A stretch of 49,994 nt of DNA from Candidatus Omnitrophota bacterium (GCA_013203355.1 JABMQH010000197.1:1-49994); one strand, 5' to 3'. Counted from the stretch's first letter, positions 26,154 to 36,502 are shown. The notes: a model not told the origin generated them from the letters alone. Translations and numbers: made by a program.

Positions 26154-27557
26154 ATGCCTATAAAAATATATAACTCGCTCACACGCAAAAAAGACGACCT
26201 CAAGCCCCTCAAAAAAGACTCTATTAAAATGTATGTCTGCGGGCCGACTGTTTATGATGAACCTCATATCGGGCATGCCCGCTCGGCGTATATATTTGAA
26301 GTGATCAGGCGATACCTGGAGTACAAGAAGCTGAAGGTTACTTTTGTTAAGAACGTAACCGATGTTGACGACAAGATTATTGAAAAGGCAAAAAAGGTAT
26401 TTGCAGGAGAAGACTTAAACGAGGCAGTAAAAAAGGTGTCTGCTAAGTATCTTGAGGCGTATCACCGTGATATGGAGGAATTGGGGATTAAGCGTCCCGA
26501 CAAAGAGCCTAAAGCTACTGAATATATAGGTAAGATGATAGGGTTTATAGAGAAGCTAATAGAGCGGGATGCAGCATATGTGTCTGATGGGGATGTTTAC
26601 TTTAACATTAAGAAGGCAGAAAAGTACGGGAAACTATCTGGCCAGTCATTGGATAAGATGGAGGTAGGTGCCAGGGTTTCTTCTGGTGAAAATAAAAGAG
26701 ATGCGCTTGATTTTGCATTGTGGAAAAAGGCTAAGGAAGGTGAGCCGTTATGGGACAGTCCTTGGGGCAAGGGCCGGCCCGGTTGGCACATAGAATGTTC
26801 GGTAATGAGTTCGGATATATTAGGGGATGAATTCGATATTCACGGCGGAGGAATAGACCTGATATTCCCGCATCACGAAAATGAGATCGCCCAGTCCGAA
26901 GCCGCCGGTAAAAAATTTGCCAAGGTCTGGATGCATCACGGCCTGCTTACGATAAACAATCAAAAAATGGCCAAATCCCTGGGAAATTTTATTACGATAA
27001 AGGATTTTGTAAATAAATACCATGACCTTGATTTTCTGAAATTTTTCTTTTTAACAACCCACTATGCCCATCCGGCCGATTTTTCGGGTGAAAAAATTAA
27101 GGAAACCAGAGAGTCCCTGGAAAGGATCATGATATTTCTTAATAAGTCAAAAAAGGAAGTGTGTTCTACCGGGCATAGTCATAAAAAAATAAAAGAGATA
27201 GAGGGCCTCAGGCATAAATTCGAAGAAGCCATGGATGTTGATTTTAATACCCCAAGAGCGGTGGCTTGTATTTTTGAATTGGTAAATATCGCTAATAAAA
27301 AAATGGAAGATTCAGGGTTTGTTTGCGTTGCCGCTGCAACCATAAAAGAATTATTGTTATTTTTTGGAATATCTCCTGAAAAGGGAGAGCCCGGAGGATC
27401 TGCTGATTTAGAAATCAATACTAAAATTGTTGAAAGAAATGTAGCGCGTCAGAATAAAGATTACGCCTTATCTGATAAAATAAGGGTTGAGCTGGAATCA
27501 AAGGGTATCATTTTAGAAGACACAAAGGATGGGACGACATGGCGAAGAAAAATTTAA
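26154..27557 (+). CDS. cysS: Cysteine--tRNA ligase
   Basis: Motifs MYVCGPTVY, HIGH, DFALWK, GRPGWHIECS and KMAKS. Confidence 0.98.
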   Translation: MPIKIYNSLTRKKDDLKPLKKDSIKMYVCGPTVYDEPHIGHARSAYIFEVIRRYLEYKKLKVTFVKNVTDVDDKIIEKAKKVFAGEDLNEAVKKVSAKYLEAYHRDMEELGIKRPDKEPKATEYIGKMIGFIEKLIERDAAYVSDGDVYFNIKKAEKYGKLSGQSLDKMEVGARVSSGENKRDALDFALWKKAKEGEPLWDSPWGKGRPGWHIECSVMSSDILGDEFDIHGGGIDLIFPHHENEIAQSEAAGKKFAKVWMHHGLLTINNQKMAKSLGNFITIKDFVNKYHDLDFLKFFFLTTHYAHPADFSGEKIKETRESLERIMIFLNKSKKEVCSTGHSHKKIKEIEGLRHKFEEAMDVDFNTPRAVACIFELVNIANKKMEDSGFVCVAAATIKELLLFFGISPEKGEPGGSADLEINTKIVERNVARQNKDYALSDKIRVELESKGIILEDTKDGTTWRRKI

Positions 27558-28192
27558 GAAAAGGAATATTTATTACATTCGAAGGCCCTGAGGGGAGCGG
27601 TAAAAGTACGCAATCTAAACTCTTGTATGAGTGTTTAAAAAAACGCGCATATACCTGTATTCATACCCGCGAACCAGGGGGCACAGAGGCCGGAGAGCAT
27701 ATACGAAGGATCCTTCTGCACTCAGACGGTATACATATATCTGACCTTACGGAGCTATTTCTGTTTGAGGCGAATCGTTCTCAAATCGTAGAGGAAGTGA
27801 TTAAGCCAGGTTTAGCCGGGAACAAGGTTGTGATATGCGATAGATTCAGTGATGCGACTGTTGCCTACCAGGGCTATGGAGGGCAGATCCCGCTAGAGAA
27901 GATTAGGCTGATAGACAAGGCAGCAACAAAGAGCCTCAAGCCCGACCTTACCATTCTTTTAGATGTAGATACAGCTACGGGTTTAAAGCGGGCGAAGAAG
28001 AAAGGCGCCGACAGGATGGAGGCAAAGACAATCGCGTATCACAGAAGGGTAAGACAGGGGTATTTGAAGTTAGCCAGGAAAGAACCTCATAGAATCAAAG
28101 TGATTAAGGTCAGGGAGCATGTTAAGGATACCCAGAAAGAAGTCCAAAGGATAGTTTTAAATGTCATTTCAAGATATAAAAGGCCACGATAA
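27539..28192 (+). CDS. tmk: Thymidylate kinase
   Basis: Motifs FITFEGPEGSGKST, TREPGG and CDRF.DAT.AYQG. Confidence 0.96.
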   Translation: MAKKNLRKGIFITFEGPEGSGKSTQSKLLYECLKKRAYTCIHTREPGGTEAGEHIRRILLHSDGIHISDLTELFLFEANRSQIVEEVIKPGLAGNKVVICDRFSDATVAYQGYGGQIPLEKIRLIDKAATKSLKPDLTILLDVDTATGLKRAKKKGADRMEAKTIAYHRRVRQGYLKLARKEPHRIKVIKVREHVKDTQKEVQRIVLNVISRYKRPR

Positions 28193-29162
28193 CATAACCC
28201 GTTTTTTTAAAAGGGAACTCGAGTTAAAAAGGCAAGCCTCTGCGTACCTTCTTTTTGGCCCGGATGCAACAGGAAAGACCCTTCTGGCAACTACGCTTTC
28301 CAAAGCCATGAATTGCCTGGAAAAAGATAACGATTCTTGCGATAAGTGCATCCCCTGCACCAAGATCGACCGCAGGAATCATCCGGATTTAGTGATCATT
28401 GAAAACAAGGAGGGGAAGGACTTAATAGGCATTGCCGCGATCAGGGATCTGCAGAAAAAGATAAGCCTTAAGCCGTATGAAGGGCGGATGAAGGTTTTTA
28501 TTATCCAGGACAGCCATACGATGACCGAGGAGGCGCAGAACTGCCTGCTTAAGACACTTGAGGAACCGCCGCAGAATTCGGTTATAATCTTGATTACCTC
28601 TAAGATAGAGGGACTTTTATTAACGGTGAGGTCGCGATGCAAGCAGATTAAGTTCGGATCCCTGGATCTAAAACTTAGGGTTGAATTGGCTGAAAGGCAG
28701 GGGTTTTTAAAGGAGGACGCTCTATTTTTATCAAGATTGGCAAACAGCGGTATCCCTTTCTCCGTAAGTTCAGAAGAGAAGGAAGAAAATCGCGGATTGA
28801 TCGATTATAAAAATACCATTTTAGATGAATTCAATACCGGAAAAACGCTGTTTGATGAAAGGAGTTCTATATTCAGCGGCTCGAAAGAGAAGATGAAATT
28901 TGTGATTTCAATAATCGAGAGCTGGTTCAGGGATATAGCAGTTTTAAAGTCGACTAAAGATGCTTCCCTTGTTATCAATTTTGACAGGACCGATGAGTTA
29001 GGGAAGATGCAGGCGAAACTTTCTTATGAGGAATTAGAGGAGATCCTAAACCAGATCAAAACCGCCCAGTTTTACATTGAGAGAAATGTTGGACCCAAGC
29101 TGGCATTCAATGTCTTAAAGATGAAGACGAAAGAATTGACGGGCGCAAAGGAGACTATATAG
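28161..29162 (+). CDS. holB: DNA polymerase III delta' subunit
   Basis: Motifs AYLLFGP..TGK, Zn module C..C..C, HPD, AQNCLLKTLEEP and TVRSRC. Follows tmk. Confidence 0.92.
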   Translation: MSFQDIKGHDNITRFFKRELELKRQASAYLLFGPDATGKTLLATTLSKAMNCLEKDNDSCDKCIPCTKIDRRNHPDLVIIENKEGKDLIGIAAIRDLQKKISLKPYEGRMKVFIIQDSHTMTEEAQNCLLKTLEEPPQNSVIILITSKIEGLLLTVRSRCKQIKFGSLDLKLRVELAERQGFLKEDALFLSRLANSGIPFSVSSEEKEENRGLIDYKNTILDEFNTGKTLFDERSSIFSGSKEKMKFVISIIESWFRDIAVLKSTKDASLVINFDRTDELGKMQAKLSYEELEEILNQIKTAQFYIERNVGPKLAFNVLKMKTKELTGAKETI

Positions 29163-29164
29163 AG

Positions 29165-29968
29165 ATGAGCAATAATGTGGTAGGGATCAAACTAAGAGAG
29201 GGCGGAGAGGCCGAGATTTTCAGCGCCTCTGCTAATTTAGATTTGAAAATAGGAGATTATGTAGTCGTCGAACAAGAGAGGGGATGCGAGTATGGCATTG
29301 TTACCTCTGATCCGCATCCGCTTTTGGAAAAGCAGGCTCAGAAAGGAACGCTTTTAAGGGTTGTCAGGAAGGCGACTCCGGGAGACATGCATCAGATAGG
29401 GAGGAACAAAAAAAAGGTTACGGAACTTGTAGATACCTGTGAAAAAAAAATACAGGAGCACAATCTTCCGATGAAGCTGGTAGACGCGGAATATTCTTTT
29501 GATAGAAGCAAGGTCATGTTTTATTTTACTGCGGACACCAGAGTTGATTTCCGAGATCTTGTTAAGGACCTGGCCTCTATATTCAAGGCAAGGATCGAGC
29601 TTAAGCAAATCGGCGTCAGGGACGAAGCAAAGCTCCTGGGAGGTTTTGGTCCTTGCGGCCGGGGCCTCTGCTGTTCGAAATTCCTAAAGGATTTTAAGGC
29701 CGTCACCATAAAAATGGCTAAGGAGCAAAACCTGTCTTTGAATCCCACAAAGATATCGGGCCTATGCGGCAGGCTTATGTGCTGCCTTTTTTATGAACAT
29801 GATACCTATAAAAAGCTGATGGCAGGGCTTCCCCGCGAAGGAGACAAGGTAAAGACAAAGGATGGTGTTGGAAGGGTAATAACTGTTAATGCCATAAAGA
29901 GGATGGCCGTGGTGGAAATGGCAGATGGGCGCCAGATAGAGATAAGTTATGAAAAAGGGAAACAATAA
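29165..29968 (+). CDS. yaaT: PSP1/YaaT (RicT)-family protein
   Basis: Motifs RVDFRDLVKDLA, RIELKQIGVRDEAK, GPCGR.LCC and SGLCGRLMCCL. Confidence 0.92.
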   Translation: MSNNVVGIKLREGGEAEIFSASANLDLKIGDYVVVEQERGCEYGIVTSDPHPLLEKQAQKGTLLRVVRKATPGDMHQIGRNKKKVTELVDTCEKKIQEHNLPMKLVDAEYSFDRSKVMFYFTADTRVDFRDLVKDLASIFKARIELKQIGVRDEAKLLGGFGPCGRGLCCSKFLKDFKAVTIKMAKEQNLSLNPTKISGLCGRLMCCLFYEHDTYKKLMAGLPREGDKVKTKDGVGRVITVNAIKRMAVVEMADGRQIEISYEKGKQ

Positions 29969-31466
29969 ATTTTATATCACAACTCCGTTATACTACGTGA
30001 ATGCCTCGCCTCATATAGGGCACTCTTATACCAATATTGCGGCAGATGCAATAGCAAGATATAAGCGCTGGGCCCTACAGGATGAAAAAAACGTCCACTT
30101 TTTAACCGGTACGGATGAACACGGTCAGAAGATACAGGCGGCGGCGGACGAGGCGAAGATGAGCGCTCAAGACTTCGTAGATAAGACAGTCTTGCAATTT
30201 AAGGATCTCTGGAAAGGGTTGGATATCTCATGCGATGATTTCATTCGTACTACCGAAGACAGGCACATCAAGACCGTGCAGAGGGTCCTGGAAATATTGC
30301 ACAAAAAAGGCGATATATATGAGGGTAAATATGAAGGATGGTATTGTACGCCTTGTGAATCTTTCTGGACCGAATCGCAAGCGGTCGGTAAACTTTGTCC
30401 GGATTGCAAAAGACCGGTAGAAAAAATTACCGAAACAAATTATTTCTTTAAGCTGTCTAAATACCAGGAGTGGCTGATTCAGTATATCAAGAATAGCGAC
30501 AATGTCAATTTTATCAAACCGCCGAAGAGGATGAACGAGGTTTTAAGTTTCTTAGAGCTTAATAAATTAACTGATCTCTGTATCTCCCGTCCCAAGGAAC
30601 GTTTAAACTGGGGGATACCTGTGCCTTTTAGCTCTGAGCATGTAACATATGTCTGGTTTGACGCCTTGATAAATTATATAAGTGCCGTCGGACATTTCGA
30701 CGAAAAGGATAAATATGTCTCTAAATGGTGGGGGCCGGATGTCGAAATCGTGCATTTAATCGGCAAGGATATCCTGAGGCAGCACGCCAGCTATTGGCCT
30801 ATCATGCTTCATGCCTTAGGAATAAGGCAGCCGGATACGATATTTGGCCATGGCTGGTGGTTGATTGATCAGGCAAAGATGTCCAAGTCAAAGGGCAATG
30901 TAGTTTCGCCTCTGGATATGGTAAATCAGTTCGGTATAGATACGTATCGTTATTTTTTATTGCGCGATGTCCCTTTTGGTTTAGATGGGAATTTTTCAGA
31001 GGAGGGAATAGTCAAAAGGTATAATAGCGATTTGGCAAATGACCTGGGAAATCTTGTTTATCGTACACTTACGATGGTTGAAAAATACTTCGAAGGCAAT
31101 GTCCCGGAAATAGGTGCACTAAATGAGCGCGGACAGCAAATCGCAAAGAAGACAAAGGCTTTAGCGCAAGATATCGGTTTTCCTTTGGCTGCGGACGCTG
31201 GTTTTGATTTTAGCGCAACATTAGGGAAGATTTGGCAACTGATAAATATGGCCAACAAATATATCGAAGATACGAAACCATGGAATTTGGCGAAAGAGAA
31301 TAAGACAGAGGAACTAAAGACATTTATACGTTTGTTAATTGACGTGATACGGGCAGTCGCCGGTGGAATTGTATTTTTTATGCCGCATACAGCAGAATCA
31401 ATCTTAGAACAGATCGGTAAGGAAAAGATCAAGAAGGGCAAGCCTCTTTTCCCGCGAATAGTATAG
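29949..31466 (+). CDS. metG: Methionine--tRNA ligase (short form, no C-terminal tRNA-binding domain)
   Basis: Motifs YITTPLYYVN..PHIGH, GTDEHGQK, YVWFDALINY and KMSKS. Ends at LFPRIV. Confidence 0.96.
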   Translation: MKKGNNKFYITTPLYYVNASPHIGHSYTNIAADAIARYKRWALQDEKNVHFLTGTDEHGQKIQAAADEAKMSAQDFVDKTVLQFKDLWKGLDISCDDFIRTTEDRHIKTVQRVLEILHKKGDIYEGKYEGWYCTPCESFWTESQAVGKLCPDCKRPVEKITETNYFFKLSKYQEWLIQYIKNSDNVNFIKPPKRMNEVLSFLELNKLTDLCISRPKERLNWGIPVPFSSEHVTYVWFDALINYISAVGHFDEKDKYVSKWWGPDVEIVHLIGKDILRQHASYWPIMLHALGIRQPDTIFGHGWWLIDQAKMSKSKGNVVSPLDMVNQFGIDTYRYFLLRDVPFGLDGNFSEEGIVKRYNSDLANDLGNLVYRTLTMVEKYFEGNVPEIGALNERGQQIAKKTKALAQDIGFPLAADAGFDFSATLGKIWQLINMANKYIEDTKPWNLAKENKTEELKTFIRLLIDVIRAVAGGIVFFMPHTAESILEQIGKEKIKKGKPLFPRIV

Positions 31467-31474
31467 CTCGCCAT

Positions 31475-32848
31475 ATGTTGATAGACACGCACTGCCACTT
31501 GGATTTTAAGGATTTTGAAGCCGATAGAGACAAGGTCATAGACAGGGCAAAGGCCTCAGGTGTAGGCCTTATCCTAAATGTGGCAAGCTCTCTTGAGGGT
31601 TCAAGGAATTCGATAGCGCTTGCAGAAAAATATGATCTGATCTATGCCTCTGTCGGGATACACCCTCATGATGCCGAAAAAGTAAATGCTGCCGCCCTTA
31701 AGGAATTAGAGGGTATGGCCTCACATAAGAAGGTAGTCGCTATTGGGGAGGTAGGACTTGATTATTACAGAGCATTATCCCCGAGGGATGTTCAGAGAAA
31801 AGTCTTCAGTGAATTTATCTCGCTAGCCAAAAAAACAAACCTGCCCTTGATCCTGCACAATCGCGATAGCCATCAGGACATGCTTGATATATTAAAAGAT
31901 GGATTCAAAGATAAAAAGCCAAAGGGCGTTATGCATTGCTTTTCTGGCGATGAAAGGTTTCTGAAAAAGTGTTTGGATATGGGCCTTTATATTTCCTTTA
32001 CATGCAATCTTACCTTTAAGAGCGCAGAGCGTTTAAAAGGCGTTGCCAAACAGGTCCCGACAGAGAAGCTTCTATTGGAAACGGATGCCCCGTTTTTGGC
32101 CCCCCAGGCTTACAGGGGCAAGAGAAATGAACCCGCGCATATCGTCCTTCTCGTCGAAGAACTTTCAAAGATCCATAATTTATCAATGGAAGACATAGAA
32201 CGCATAACGACCCGCAATGCAGTTGAACTTTTCAGCCTCAAGGAAGCAGGGCCCGCAAGGATTGCCTACGAGATAAGAGATTCCCTGTATCTAAACATTA
32301 CAAACCGCTGCACAAATGAATGCGGTTTTTGCGTCAGGTCTTTTTCGGATTTTGTTAAAGGGCACAACTTAAAATTGGCAAAAGAACCATCGACTAAGGA
32401 GATACTGAACGCAATAGAGAAGATGGGAAAGTATAACAAGATTGTTTTTTGCGGTTTTGGAGAGCCGACACTGCGGCTTGATGTTATAAAGGAGGTCGCC
32501 GCCTCTCTTAAGCAAAGATCAAAAAAGGTCCGGCTTGTCACCAACGGACATGGAAATTTGATCAACGGACGTTCTATCGCAGAGGAGCTGAAGGGTCTAG
32601 TTGATAAGGTTTCCGTGAGTTTAAACGTAGATACAAAGGAAAAGTATAATAAGGTATGCAGATCTCAATTCGGCGAGAATACATTTGAGGAGGTAAAGCG
32701 GTTTATTCGCGAATGCAAAACCGCCGGACTTGAAGTTGAGGTAACTTGTCTGGATATACCAGAGACGGATATCGAAAGATGCAGGGTCATTGCCGAGAAG
32801 GAACTCGGTGCGAACTTCCGCCTGAGAAGGCATAATGTAGTTGGATAA
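31475..32848 (+). CDS. TatD-family nuclease fused to a TatD-associated radical SAM domain
   Basis: TatD motifs IDTHCH, GIHPH, GEVGLDY and LLETDAP, then YLNITNRCTNECGFC (CxxxCxxC) and FCGFGEPT. Confidence 0.92.
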   Translation: MLIDTHCHLDFKDFEADRDKVIDRAKASGVGLILNVASSLEGSRNSIALAEKYDLIYASVGIHPHDAEKVNAAALKELEGMASHKKVVAIGEVGLDYYRALSPRDVQRKVFSEFISLAKKTNLPLILHNRDSHQDMLDILKDGFKDKKPKGVMHCFSGDERFLKKCLDMGLYISFTCNLTFKSAERLKGVAKQVPTEKLLLETDAPFLAPQAYRGKRNEPAHIVLLVEELSKIHNLSMEDIERITTRNAVELFSLKEAGPARIAYEIRDSLYLNITNRCTNECGFCVRSFSDFVKGHNLKLAKEPSTKEILNAIEKMGKYNKIVFCGFGEPTLRLDVIKEVAASLKQRSKKVRLVTNGHGNLINGRSIAEELKGLVDKVSVSLNVDTKEKYNKVCRSQFGENTFEEVKRFIRECKTAGLEVEVTCLDIPETDIERCRVIAEKELGANFRLRRHNVVG

Positions 32849-32850
32849 AA

Positions 32851-33948
32851 ATGATGCGTATAACCCTTCCAAAAATTCGTAACTTCATAATAAAAGAGCG
32901 GATGTATGTTTGGCTTTTAATATTTATCATCTCCGTTAGCATTACCTTGGCCTTAACAAAGGATGCAGAGAAACTTTCCCCCCTTGAAGATAAGGTCGGG
33001 CAGTTGGAACAAGCCTCCTCCAGGGTTGAGGAGCTTTCCGCCAAGCTCTTAAAAAAGCCCATGACAAAGGAGGAGTTGACAAAATTTATCCAGGAGAATA
33101 AAAAGGCCGCGTCCATCCTTTCGGTTTTAAGTTTTATTATCCTGTTTGTGATCGCAGCAGGGCTTTTTTTGGATTTTATAATATTTATCCTGAAGCGGGA
33201 GGGTGGCGTGATATTATTTCCGACCCTTTCGCACAAAGACCCGAAATGGGGGGTATGGGATGTATGCAAGGTGATGATCCTCTTTGTGTGGTTTGCGTAT
33301 ATGCTGATGCTGATAGAGTCGGCCATATCCGCGATTCTACCGTCGATGAAGATGAGCAACAATCTATATTCAGTGCTGAATGCGACTATCACAGACCTTT
33401 TGGCATTCGTGTTCATAATATACTTTGCAGTGTATTTGTGCAGGGAGAACTTGAGCTCTTTAGGGTTTTCTGCTAAGAATCTTTTAAGAAATATTTCTTA
33501 TGGCATAATGGGATATCTTGCGACTATCCCGGTTTTGATAGTGGCATTGCTTTTCATAGTGTGGGTTAGCGCCGCCTTTAACTACAAACCGCCTATGCAG
33601 CCGGTTGTGGAGATCTTTTTGGTAGAGAAGAAGATGGCGCTGATAACGTATCTTACGATTTTTGTTACTATCTTTGGGCCTATCGTAGAAGAAGTCTTCT
33701 TTCGAGGTTTTATGTATCCAGCAGTAAAAAAGAAATGGGGCTTTAAGGTTGCCCTGCTTTTAACATCCGGTTTGTTTGCGCTTTTGCATGCGAATCTTGC
33801 CGGATTTTTGCCGATTATGATTTTAGGCATGCTTTTGTGCTATCTATTTGAAAGGACGGGGACGCTGGTTGCTTCCTGCACAGTACATGTCTTGCATAAT
33901 ACTGCAATGGTAGGGATGGTTTTTTTAATTAAAGGATTATTTCAGTGA
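32851..33948 (+). CDS. CPBP (CAAX/Abi) intramembrane glutamic endopeptidase
   Basis: Motifs EEVFFRG, FALLH and HVLHN. Multi-TM with a charged loop near the N-terminus. Confidence 0.88.
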   Translation: MMRITLPKIRNFIIKERMYVWLLIFIISVSITLALTKDAEKLSPLEDKVGQLEQASSRVEELSAKLLKKPMTKEELTKFIQENKKAASILSVLSFIILFVIAAGLFLDFIIFILKREGGVILFPTLSHKDPKWGVWDVCKVMILFVWFAYMLMLIESAISAILPSMKMSNNLYSVLNATITDLLAFVFIIYFAVYLCRENLSSLGFSAKNLLRNISYGIMGYLATIPVLIVALLFIVWVSAAFNYKPPMQPVVEIFLVEKKMALITYLTIFVTIFGPIVEEVFFRGFMYPAVKKKWGFKVALLLTSGLFALLHANLAGFLPIMILGMLLCYLFERTGTLVASCTVHVLHNTAMVGMVFLIKGLFQ

Positions 33949-35060
33949 TACGGTCTTCAGTCTCTATTGTAAGATGTAAAACCTATAAAACAAAAGAAGT
34001 CGAACTCGCCGTTAAAAGGGCAGTTGACCTTTTAGGCGGCATGGAAAAATTTGTGAAGGCCAAAAGCAGGGTTCTGATAAAACCAAACCTTTTATCCGCA
34101 AGGACCCCGGAAGAAGGCGTAGATACGCACCCTGAGGTGATCAGGGCGGTTGCGCGACTCGTCAAGCCTATTACGCCTCACATTTTCGTAGGGGATTCAC
34201 CCGGTGGCTGGGAGTTAAAAGAGGTGGATACGGTTTATGAAAAGTCGGGGACAAAAAAAGTCTGTGAAGAAGAAGGGCTGCAATTGGTAAAGTTTGATAA
34301 GGCGACGGACATGGAAGGTTTTCCCATTGCCTCTATTGTAAAAGAGGTTGATTCAATAATCTCTATCCCAAAACTTAAAACCCATTCAATTACAACATTG
34401 ACAGGGGCGGTAAAGAATATGTTTGGAACAGTTATCGGCCTTGCTAAGGCACAGTGCCATTTAAAGGCCCCCATGCCGGATGAACTTTCCCGTTTATTGG
34501 TTAAGATATTCGCTCTCACCAAGCCCACCCTTTCGGTTATGGATGGGGTTGTCGGGATGGAGGGAGAAGGACCTGGCGCCGGCCCATTAAGAGATATCGG
34601 CCTTGTGATCGCAAGCCAGGATGCCGTAGCGCTGGATAGTGTTCTGGCAAAGATAGTCGGAGTGAACCCATCTAAAGTCCCTACAAACCTGGAGGCCTCT
34701 AAGAGGAATGAGGGGATATCTGATTTGAGCAGAATAGATACCTTTGGCGAAAAGCCGGAGGATGTAAGGATAAAGGATTTTAAATTGCCTAAGGCCTCTT
34801 TTGTGTACAATCTTCCAAAACCGTTACTCCGCCTCGGTCTGAAGAATATAAGATTTCATCCGGATATAAATAAAGACAAGTGTCAACGGTGCGAGCTTTG
34901 TTTTAAGATTTGTCCCAACGGCGCGATAAAAAAATTGGAAAACGGGGTTTTTGAAATCAACATCAAAAAATGTATTTATTGTTTCTGCTGTCATGAAGTA
35001 TGTCCGCATAAGGCCATCGCGCTTAAAAAATCCCTTATGGCCAGAATTATTATGAGGTGA
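33945..35060 (+). CDS. DUF362 domain protein with a C-terminal 2x[4Fe-4S] ferredoxin domain
   Basis: Motifs VLIKPNL, THPEV, PKLKTH..T.LTGAVKN, MEGEGP, CQRCELCFKICP and CIYCFCCHEVCP. Confidence 0.9.
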   Translation: MIRSSVSIVRCKTYKTKEVELAVKRAVDLLGGMEKFVKAKSRVLIKPNLLSARTPEEGVDTHPEVIRAVARLVKPITPHIFVGDSPGGWELKEVDTVYEKSGTKKVCEEEGLQLVKFDKATDMEGFPIASIVKEVDSIISIPKLKTHSITTLTGAVKNMFGTVIGLAKAQCHLKAPMPDELSRLLVKIFALTKPTLSVMDGVVGMEGEGPGAGPLRDIGLVIASQDAVALDSVLAKIVGVNPSKVPTNLEASKRNEGISDLSRIDTFGEKPEDVRIKDFKLPKASFVYNLPKPLLRLGLKNIRFHPDINKDKCQRCELCFKICPNGAIKKLENGVFEINIKKCIYCFCCHEVCPHKAIALKKSLMARIIMR

Positions 35061-35668
35061 TCGCTATAAAAAAAGGATTTATTAGACATGTCCCGATGGC
35101 ATTGGTTGCGCTGAGATGTTTGATCGCTGTCCTTTTAGTGATAGATGCCTTAGATGGGAAAACAGGCCTCTGGTTTGTTATAGGATTTGCGATTGCCGGC
35201 ATATCCGATATGCTTGATGGAATGGTTGCGCGCCGCTATAAGGTAGTAAGCACCATAGGCAGTGCAATGGATGGTTATGCCGATGCGTTTCTTTATACCT
35301 GCATAGTGTTCTGTATATGGCGGGTTCACCCTGAGATAATAAAGTCATTTTTTATACCGGTCTTAACCATAGGGGCAACGCAAGTTATATCTTGGCTGAT
35401 CAGTCTTTTTAAATACAGCAAGATAACCTCTTATCATACATTTGGCGCAAAGGTCTGGGCAGTTACGCTTTTTGTCGCAACATTTTCAATTTTCGCGTTC
35501 AATTACGCGGGGGTATTCCTTTGGATCGCGATCATTGTCGGGGTTGCCAGCAATATAGAAGATATGATGATCACCTTGGTTACTCCTTATTGGGCGCATG
35601 ATGTCTCTAGCATTCGAGGCGCCTTTAAACTGCGGGAAGAACACAAACTAAAAATAAAAAAGCTTTAA
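35057..35668 (+). CDS. CDP-alcohol phosphatidyltransferase family protein
   Basis: Signature DMLDGMVARR....STIGSAMDGYAD. Confidence 0.88.
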   Translation: MIAIKKGFIRHVPMALVALRCLIAVLLVIDALDGKTGLWFVIGFAIAGISDMLDGMVARRYKVVSTIGSAMDGYADAFLYTCIVFCIWRVHPEIIKSFFIPVLTIGATQVISWLISLFKYSKITSYHTFGAKVWAVTLFVATFSIFAFNYAGVFLWIAIIVGVASNIEDMMITLVTPYWAHDVSSIRGAFKLREEHKLKIKKL

Positions 35669-35692
35669 AAAATTAATAGTTAGGAATATAAT
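35664..35692 (+). promoter_or_regulatory. Putative sigma70 promoter
   Basis: TTTAAA(35664-35669)-17 nt-TATAAT(35687-35692). Confidence 0.45.
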
Positions 35693-35715
35693 ACATTACA
35701 CGAAACGGTCTAATT

Positions 35716-35910
35716 ATGGCAAAAGAAAAGTTCACGAAGAGGCAGAAAGACCTGTCTCGGTTATTAAGAGAACGCAAACAGATTTATGGGGATAAGCTGA
35801 ACTCAAGAATATTTTCGCGTAAATCATCTATAAGAAAGGGAAACCAAAATGGAAGCTCTGAAAACAAAATCTCTCAAAAACATCGAACAAAAGATGGAGA
35901 ACCTCGATGA
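35716..35910 (+). CDS. Possible small basic protein (doubtful)
   Basis: ATG lies just after the putative promoter and the product is K/R-rich. It has no clear SD and overlaps the next gene by 62 nt. Confidence 0.3.
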   Translation: MAKEKFTKRQKDLSRLLRERKQIYGDKLNSRIFSRKSSIRKGNQNGSSENKISQKHRTKDGEPR

Positions 35911-36502
35911 GAATTCACTCAGGTTTCATATCCTGCAAAGTGCCAAGAGTTTTAAGACCTCATGGATAGACCTTGGCAGGGCGCTTCATTCCGTATGGAA
36001 GGATAAACTGTATAAGGGGTGGGGTTACAGCACTATGGAGGCGTACACGGCCCGCGAAATAGGTATAAAGAAACCGACGGCGATGAAACTTTTAAAATCC
36101 TATTATTTTCTGGAGAAAGAAGAGCCAGGATACCTTAAAAAGGATTATTCCAATTCGGCCAACGCGGCTTCGCTGCCGCATTATGAGTCCATTAATTTAT
36201 TGCGCCTTGCCAAAAATAAAAAGGCATTGGGCCATGAGGACTACGCGAGTCTAAAAAAGTCAATTTTTGAGAAGGGCAAGGAGGCACCGCAGGTAAGGAA
36301 AGATTTAAGCACGATAATGAGACAAAGGGAAGAGCTGGAGCCCCAGGAGGCAAGGCAAAAAAGAAAGATGGCCACGGTAAAAAGATTTTTGGGTATTCTG
36401 AAAGCGCTAAAGCAGGAAATCGAAATATCGAAATTGGTCTCTGCGTCCGTTATCAAAGAGACGGCAAACCTTATAACCAAATTAGAAAGCGAGATAGGTT
36501 AA
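35849..36502 (+). CDS. Hypothetical helical protein with a possible HTH
   Basis: 217 aa. Segment LYKGWGYSTMEAY..REIGIKKPTAMKL plus a C-terminal coiled coil. SD AAGGG. Confidence 0.75.
   Translation: MEALKTKSLKNIEQKMENLDENSLRFHILQSAKSFKTSWIDLGRALHSVWKDKLYKGWGYSTMEAYTAREIGIKKPTAMKLLKSYYFLEKEEPGYLKKDYSNSANAASLPHYESINLLRLAKNKKALGHEDYASLKKSIFEKGKEAPQVRKDLSTIMRQREELEPQEARQKRKMATVKRFLGILKALKQEIEISKLVSASVIKETANLITKLESEIG

Noticed and set aside
32851-33948. CPBP/'Abi' protein as an anti-phage or bacteriocin-immunity system
   Set aside because: It is embedded in a housekeeping operon with no toxin, bacteriocin or defence neighbours. The family name alone is not evidence.
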